A stretch of DNA of 64,000 bases, from the NCBI GenBank assembly GCA_964057225.1, contig OZ059900.1:18104001-18168000 (forward strand). The letters run 5' to 3'. The stretch is from Auanema rhodensis. Taxonomy: Eukaryota; Animalia; Nematoda. The notes under the pieces are model-generated. The model saw nothing but the letters and a program-made list of their open reading frames with translations. It was not told where the DNA came from and did not search any database. Numbering within the stretch: the first letter of the stretch is position 1; each line of letters starts with the position of its first letter. Below are positions 57,301 through 64,000 of this stretch, one piece after another. A program made the position numbers and the translations under genes.

Positions 57301-59518
57301 ATCGATTTTTGTTCATATGAGTCGTCAAATGCAACGAATTTCAGCGTGTTACATACTAAAATGAAGCATTTTACATGCTGAACACTAGAAAAATACAAAA
57401 ACACAGTATTTCCCATGAGAAATATTTTATTATGCTGGAAAACCAGTTTTTGGAAATTTCGCTGTAAACAAGGTTTTGACTTACGATTTCATGTGTTCAA
57501 ACTCATGCAATGTCAATGAAACCTAGCTCAAAATTGTTCGTACAACGTCTAGTTCCACTTTCACGACAAAAAAACAGGGGTTAGAAAATTAAGGAAATTA
57601 GCATATTCTGAGGGCACGCCCCTTATGGCTAATATTGATTAAATCGATTTTTGTTCATATGAGTCGTCAAATGCAACGAATTTCAGCGTGTTACATACTA
57701 AAATGAAGCATTTTACATGCTGAACACTAGAAAAATACAAAAACACAGTATTTCCCATGAGAATAATTTTATTATGCTGGAAAACCAGTTTTTGGAAATT
57801 TCGCTGTAAACAAGGTTTTGACTTACGATTTCATGTGTTCAAACTCATGCAATGTCAATGAAACCTAGCTCAAAATTGTTCGTACAACGTCTAGTTCCAC
57901 TTTTACGACAAAAAAACAGGGGTTAGAAAATTAAGGAAATTAGCATATTCTGAGGGCACGCCCCTTATGGCTAATATTGATTAAATCGATTTTTGTTCAT
58001 ATGAGTCGTCAAATGCAACGAATTTCAGCGTGTTACATACTAAAATGAAGCATTTTACATGCTGAACACTAGAAAAATACAAAAACACAGTATTTCCCAT
58101 GAGAAATATTTTATTATGCTGGAAAACCAGTTTTTGGAAATTTCGCTGTAAACAAGGTTTTGACTTACGATTTCATGTGTTCAAACTCATGCAATGTCAA
58201 TGAAACCTAGCTCAAAATTGTTCGTACAACGACTAGTTCCACTTTCACGACAAAAAAACAGGGGTTAGAAAATTAAGGAAATTAGCATATTCTGAGGGCA
58301 CGCCCCTTATGGCTAATATTGATTAAATCGATTTTTGTTCATATGAGTCGTCAAATGCAACGAATTTCAGCGTGTTACATACTAAAATGAAGCATTTTAC
58401 ATGCTGAACACTAGAAAAATACAAAAACACAGTATTTCCCATGAGAAATATTTTATTATGCTGGAAAACCAGTTTTTGAAAATTTCGCTGTAAACAAGGT
58501 TTTGACTTACGATTTCATGTGTTCAAACTCATGCAATGTCAATGAAACCTAGCTCAAAATTGTTCCTACAACGTCTAGTTCCACTTTCACGACAAAAAAA
58601 CAGGGGTTAGAAAATTAAGGAAATTAGCATATTCTGAGGGCACGCCCCTTATGGCTAATATTGATTAAATCGATTTTTGTTCATATGAGTCGTCAAATGC
58701 AACGAATTTCAGCGTGTTACATACTAAAATGAAGCATTTTACATGCTGAACACTAGAAAAATACAAAAACACAGTATTTCCCATGAGAATAATTTTATTA
58801 TGCTGGAAAACCAGTTTTTGGAAATTTCGCTGTAAACAAGGTTTTGACTTACGATTTCATGTGTTCAAACTCATGCAATGTCAATGAAACCTAGCTCAAA
58901 ATTGTTCGTACAACGTCTAGTTCCACTTTTACGACAAAAAAACAGGGGTTAGAAAATTAAGGAAATTAGCATATTCTGAGGGCACGCCCCTTATGGCTAA
59001 TATTGATTAAATCGATTTTTGTTCATATGAGTCGTCAAATGCAACGAATTTCAGCGTGTTACATACTAAAATGAAGCATTTTACATGCTGAACACTAGAA
59101 AAATACAAAAACACAGTATTTCCCATGAGAAATATTTTATTATGCTGGAAAACCAGTTTTTGGAAATTTCGCTGTAAACAAGGTTTTGACTTACGATTTC
59201 ATGTGTTCAAACTCATGCAATGTCAATGAAACCTAGCTCAAAATTGTTCGTACAACGACTAGTTCCACTTTCACGACAAAAAAACAGGGGTTAGAAAATT
59301 AAGGAAATTAGCATATTCTGAGGGCACGCCCCTTATGGCTAATATTGATTAAATCGATTTTTGTTCATATGAGTCGTCAAATGCAACGAATTTCAGCGTG
59401 TTACATACTAAAATGAAGCATTTTACATGCTGAACACTAGAAAAATACAAAAACACAGTATTTCCCATGAGAAATATTTTATTATGCTGGAAAACCAGTT
59501 TTTGGAAATTTCGCTGTA
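54389..59518. repeat. Tandem duplication of a 6-monomer unit (2052 bp x2; M160-165, M166-171) followed by a further copy of its last 3 monomers (M172-174)
   Basis: The series ACTCAAA; TTACGT; CC+CCCT; GAATAA; TTTTACG; ACGACT+TTTGA occurs twice, then GAATAA; TTTTACG; ACGACT once more. Confidence 0.9.
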
Positions 59519-62500
59519 AACAAGGTTTTGACTTACGATTTCATGTGTTCAAACTCATGCAATGTCAATGAAACCTAGCTCAAAATTGTTCCTACAACGT
59601 CTAGTTCCACTTTCACGACAAAAAAACAGGGGTTAGAAAATTAAGGAAATTAGCATATTCTGAGGGCACGCCCTTTATGGCTAATATTGATTAAATCGAT
59701 TTTTGTTCATATGAGTCGTCAAATGCAACGAATTTCAGCGTGTTACATACTAAAATGAAGCATTTTACATGCTGAACACTAGAAAAATACAAAAACACAG
59801 TATTTCCCATGAGAAATATTTTATTATGCTGGAAAACCAGTTTTTGGAAATTTCGCTGTAAACAAGGTTTTGACTTACGATTTCATGTGTTCAAACTCAT
59901 GCAATGTCAATGAAACCTAGCTCAAAATTGTTCGTACAACGACTAGTTCCACTTTCACGACAAAAAAACAGGGGTTAGAAAATTAAGGAAATTAGCATAT
60001 TCTGAGGGCACGCCCCTTATGGCTAATATTGATTAAATCGATTTTTGTTCATATGAGTCGTCAAATGCAACGAATTTCAGCGTGTTACATACTAAAATGA
60101 AGCATTTTACATGCTGAACACTAGAAAAATACAAAAACACAGTATTTCCCATGAGAAATATTTTATTATGCTGGAAAACCAGTTTTTGAAAATTTCGCTG
60201 TAAACAAGGTTTTGACTTACGATTTCATGTGTTCAAACTCATGCAATGTCAAGGAAACCTAGCTCAAAATTGTTCCTACAACGTCTAGTTCCACTTTCAC
60301 GACAAAAAAACAGGGGTTAGAAAATAAAGGAAATTAGCATATTCTGAGGGCACGCCCTTTATGGCTAATATTGATTAAATCGATTTTTGTTCATATGAGT
60401 CGTCAAATGCAACGAATTTCAGCGTGTTACATACTAAAATGAAGCATTTTACATGCTGAACACTAGAAAAATACAAAAACACAGTATTTCCCATGAGAAA
60501 TATTTTATTATGCTGGAAAACCAGTTTTTGGAAATTTCGCTGTAAACAAGGTTTTGACTTACGATTTCATGTGTTTAAACTCATGCAATGTCAATGAAAC
60601 CTAGCTCAAAATTGTTAATACAATGTCTAGTTCCACTTTCACGACAAAAAAACAGGGGTTAGAAAATTAAGGAAATTAGCATATTCTGAGGGCACGCCCC
60701 TTATGGCTAATATTGATTAAATCGATTTTTGTTCATATGAGTCGTCAAATGCAACGAATTTCAGCGTGTTACATACTAAAATGAAGCATTTTACATGCTG
60801 AACACTAGAAAAATACAAAAACACAGTATTTCCCATGAGAAATATTTTATTATGCTGGAAAACCAGTTTTTGGAAATTTCGCTGTAAACAAGGTTTTGAC
60901 TTACGATTTCATGTGTTCAAACTCATGCAATGTCAATGAAACCTAGCTCAAAATTGTTCCTACAACGTCTAGTTCCACTTTCACGACAAAAAAACAGGGG
61001 TTAGAAAATTAAGGAAATTAGCATATTCTGAGGGCACGCCCTTTATGGCTAATATTGATTAAATCGATTTTTGTTCATATGAGTCGTCAAATGCAACGAA
61101 TTTCAGCGTGTTACATACTAAAATGAAGCATTTCACATGCTGAACACTAGAAAAATACAAAAACACAGTATTTCCCATGAGAAATATTTTATTATGCTGG
61201 AAAACCAGTTTTTGGAAATTTCGCTGTAAACAAGGTTTTGACTTACGATTTCATGTGTTTAAACTCATGCAATGTCAATGAAACCTAGCTCAAAATTGTT
61301 AATACAATGTCTAGTTCCACTTTCACGACAAAAAAACAGGGGTTAGAAAATTAAGGAAATTAGCATATTCTGAGGGCACGCCCCTTATGGCTAATATTGA
61401 TTAAATCGATTTTTGTTCATATGAGTCGTCAAATGCAACGAATTTCAGCGTGTTACATACTAAAATGAAGCATTTTACATGCTGAACACTAGAAAAATAC
61501 AAAAACACAGTATTTCCCATGAGAAATATTTTATTATGCTGGAAAACCAGTTTTTGGAAATTTCGCTGTAAACAAGGTTTTGACTTACGATTTCATGTGT
61601 TCAAACTCATGCAATGTCAATGAAACCCAGCTCAAAATTGTTCGTACAACGTCTAGTTCCACTTTCACGACAAAAAAACAGGGGTTAGAAAATTAAGGAA
61701 ATTAGCATATTCTGAGGGCACGCCCCTTATGGCTAATATTGATTAAATCGATTTTTGTTCATATGAGTCGTCAAATGCAACGAATTTCAGCGTGTTACAT
61801 ACTAAAATGAAGCATTTTACATGCTGAACACTAGAAAAATACAAAAACACAGTATTTCCCATGAGAAATATTTTATTATGCTGGAAAACCAGTTTTTGGA
61901 AATTTCGCTGTAAACAAGGTTTTGACTTACGATTTCATGTGTTCAAACTCATGCAATGTCAATGAAACCTAGCTCAACATTGTTCGTACAACGTCTAGTT
62001 CCACTTTCACGACAAAAAAACAGGGGTTAGAAAATTAAGGAAATTAGCATATTCTGAGGGCACGCCCCTTATGGCTAATATTGATTAAATCGATTTTTGT
62101 TCATATGAGTCGTCAAATGCAACGAATTTCAGCGTGTTACATACTAAAATGAAGCATTTTACATGCTGAACACTAGAAAAATACAAAAACACAGTATTTC
62201 CCATGAGAAATATTTTATTATGCTGGAAAACCAGTTTTTGGAAATTTCGCTGTAAACAAGGTTTTGACTTACGATTTCATGTGTTCAAACTCATGCAATG
62301 TCAATGAAACCTAGCTCAAAATTGTTCCTACAACGTCTAGTTCCACTTTCACGACAAAAAAACAGGGGTTAGAAAATTAAGGAAATTAGCATATTCTGAG
62401 GGCACGCCCTTTATGGCTAATATTGATTAAATCGATTTTTGTTCATATGAGTCGTCAAATGCAACGAATTTCAGCGTGTTACATACTAAAATGAAGCATT

Positions 62501-64000
62501 TCACATGCTGAACACTAGAAAAATACAAAAACACAGTATTTCCCATGAGAAATATTTTATTATGCTGGAAAACCAGTTTTTGGAAATTTCGCTGTAAACA
62601 AGGTTTTGACTTACGATTTCATGTGTTCAAACTCATGCAATGTCAATGAAACCTAGCTCAAAATTGTTCGTACAACGTCTGGTTCCACTTTCACGACAAA
62701 AAAACAGGGGTTAGAAAATTAAGGAAATTAGCATATTCTGAGGGCACGCCCCTTATGGCTAATATTGATTAAATCGATTTTTGTTCATATGAGTCGTCAA
62801 ATGCAACGAATTTCAGCGTGTTACATACTAAAATGAAGCATTTTACATGCTGAACACTAGAAAAATACAAAAACACAGTATTTCCCATGAGAAATATTTT
62901 ATTATGCTGGAAAACCAGTTTTTGGAAATTTCGCTGTAAACAAGGTTTTGACTTACGATTTCATGTGTTCAAACTCATGCAATGTCAATGAAACCTAGCT
63001 CAAAATTGTTCGTACAACGTCTAGTTCCACTTTCACGACAAAAAAACAGGGGTTAGAAAATTAAGGAAATTAGCATATTCTGAGGGCACGCCCCCTTATG
63101 GCTAATATTGATTAAATCGATTTTTGTTCATATGAGTCGTCAAATGCAACGAATTTCAGCGTGTTACATACTAAAATGAAGCATTTTACATGCTGAACAC
63201 TAGAAAAATACAAAAACACAGTATTTCCCATGAGAAATATTTTATTATGCTGGAAAACCAGTTTTTGGAAATTTCGCTGTAAACAAGGTTTTGACTTACG
63301 ATTTCATGTGTTTAAACTCATGCAATGTCAATGAAACCTAGCTCAAAATTGTTAATACAATGTCTAGTTCCACTTTCACGACAAAAAAACAGGGGTTAGA
63401 AAATTAAGGAAATTAGCATATTCTGAGGGCACGCCCCTTATGGCTAATATTGATTAAATCGATTTTTGTTCATATGAGTCGTCAAATGCAACGAATTTCA
63501 GCGTGTTACATACTAAAATGAAGCATTTTACATGCTGAACACTAGAAAAATACAAAAACACAGTATTTCCCATGAGAAATATTTTATTATGCTGGAAAAC
63601 CAGTTTTTGGAAATTTCGCTGTAAACAAGGTTTTGACTTACGATTTCATGTGTTCAAACTCATGCAATGTCAATGAAACCCAGCTCAAAATTGTTCGTAC
63701 AACGTCTAGTTCCACTTTCACGACAAAAAAACAGGGGTTAGAAAATTAAGGAAATTAGCATATTCTGAGGGCACGCCCCTTATGGCTAATATTGATTAAA
63801 TCGATTTTTGTTCATATGAGTCGTCAAATGCAACGAATTTCAGCGTGTTACATACTAAAATGAAGCATTTTACATGCTGAACACTAGAAAAATACAAAAA
63901 CACAGTATTTCCCATGAGAAATATTTTATTATGCTGGAAAACCAGTTTTTGGAAATTTCGCTGTAAACAAGGTTTTGACTTACGATTTCATGTGTTCAAA

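Larger units (their letters stand above)
1..64000. repeat. Satellite DNA tandem array, 342-bp monomer, 187 full copies + 35 bp, all in the same orientation; extends beyond both window ends
   Basis: AACAAGGTTTTGACTTACGA recurs at 1, 343, 685, 1027 ... 63624, 63966. The period is 342 bp except for eleven 343-bp units with an extra C in the GCCCC run, one +1 unit (M122) and one -1 unit (M98). 187x342 plus 11 net inserted bases predicts a last start at 63966, as observed. No non-repeat sequence seen. Confidence 0.99.

Noticed and set aside
1-64000. Repetitive protein-coding gene (342 bp = 114 codons)
   Set aside because: All six frames contain stops in each monomer (plus strand TGA 11-13, TGA 51-53, TAG 58-60, TAA 124-126; minus-strand stops at TTA 15-17, TCA 23-25, TCA 31-33). 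The CCCAG variant removes only one stop, leaving an open stretch of under 60 codons.
1-64000. CRISPR array or other repeat-spacer system
   Set aside because: No unique spacers: the entire unit is repeated, differing only by point variants. No cas or other genes.
1-64000. Transposon insertion, strand inversion or hidden unique segment
   Set aside because: Monomer start positions account for every base (187x342 + 11 + 35 = 64000), and orientation never changes.
1-64000. One fixed higher-order repeat period or coded information in the variant order
   Set aside because: Periods vary locally (2, 3, 5, 6, 9, 31), and the order is adequately explained by nested duplication and conversion.

Overview
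The whole 64 kb window is one uninterrupted, head-to-tail, same-orientation array of an AT-rich (about 34% GC by hand count) 342-bp satellite monomer: 187 complete units plus 35 bp of a 188th. Monomers differ from the consensus at only a few sites each. All six reading frames are closed within every monomer, and I see no genes, RNA genes, mobile element or CRISPR array. The pattern is typical of eukaryotic centromeric or pericentromeric satellite DNA; I cannot name the family or organism from the sequence alone. The informative structure lies in the variants, which I typed by eye. They reveal nested tandem duplications of 2, 3, 5, 6, 9 and 31 monomers, a central variant domain, chimeric junction monomers and likely gene conversion. 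The monomer itself shows weak traces of an ancestral ~171-bp dimer, many inverted repeats, roughly phased A/T tracts and several variants that perfect or invert quasi-palindromes. I found no evidence of a novel protein-coding system. Monomers are numbered M1 (start 1), M2 (343), and so on; 'pos' means position within the monomer as in bases 1-342.
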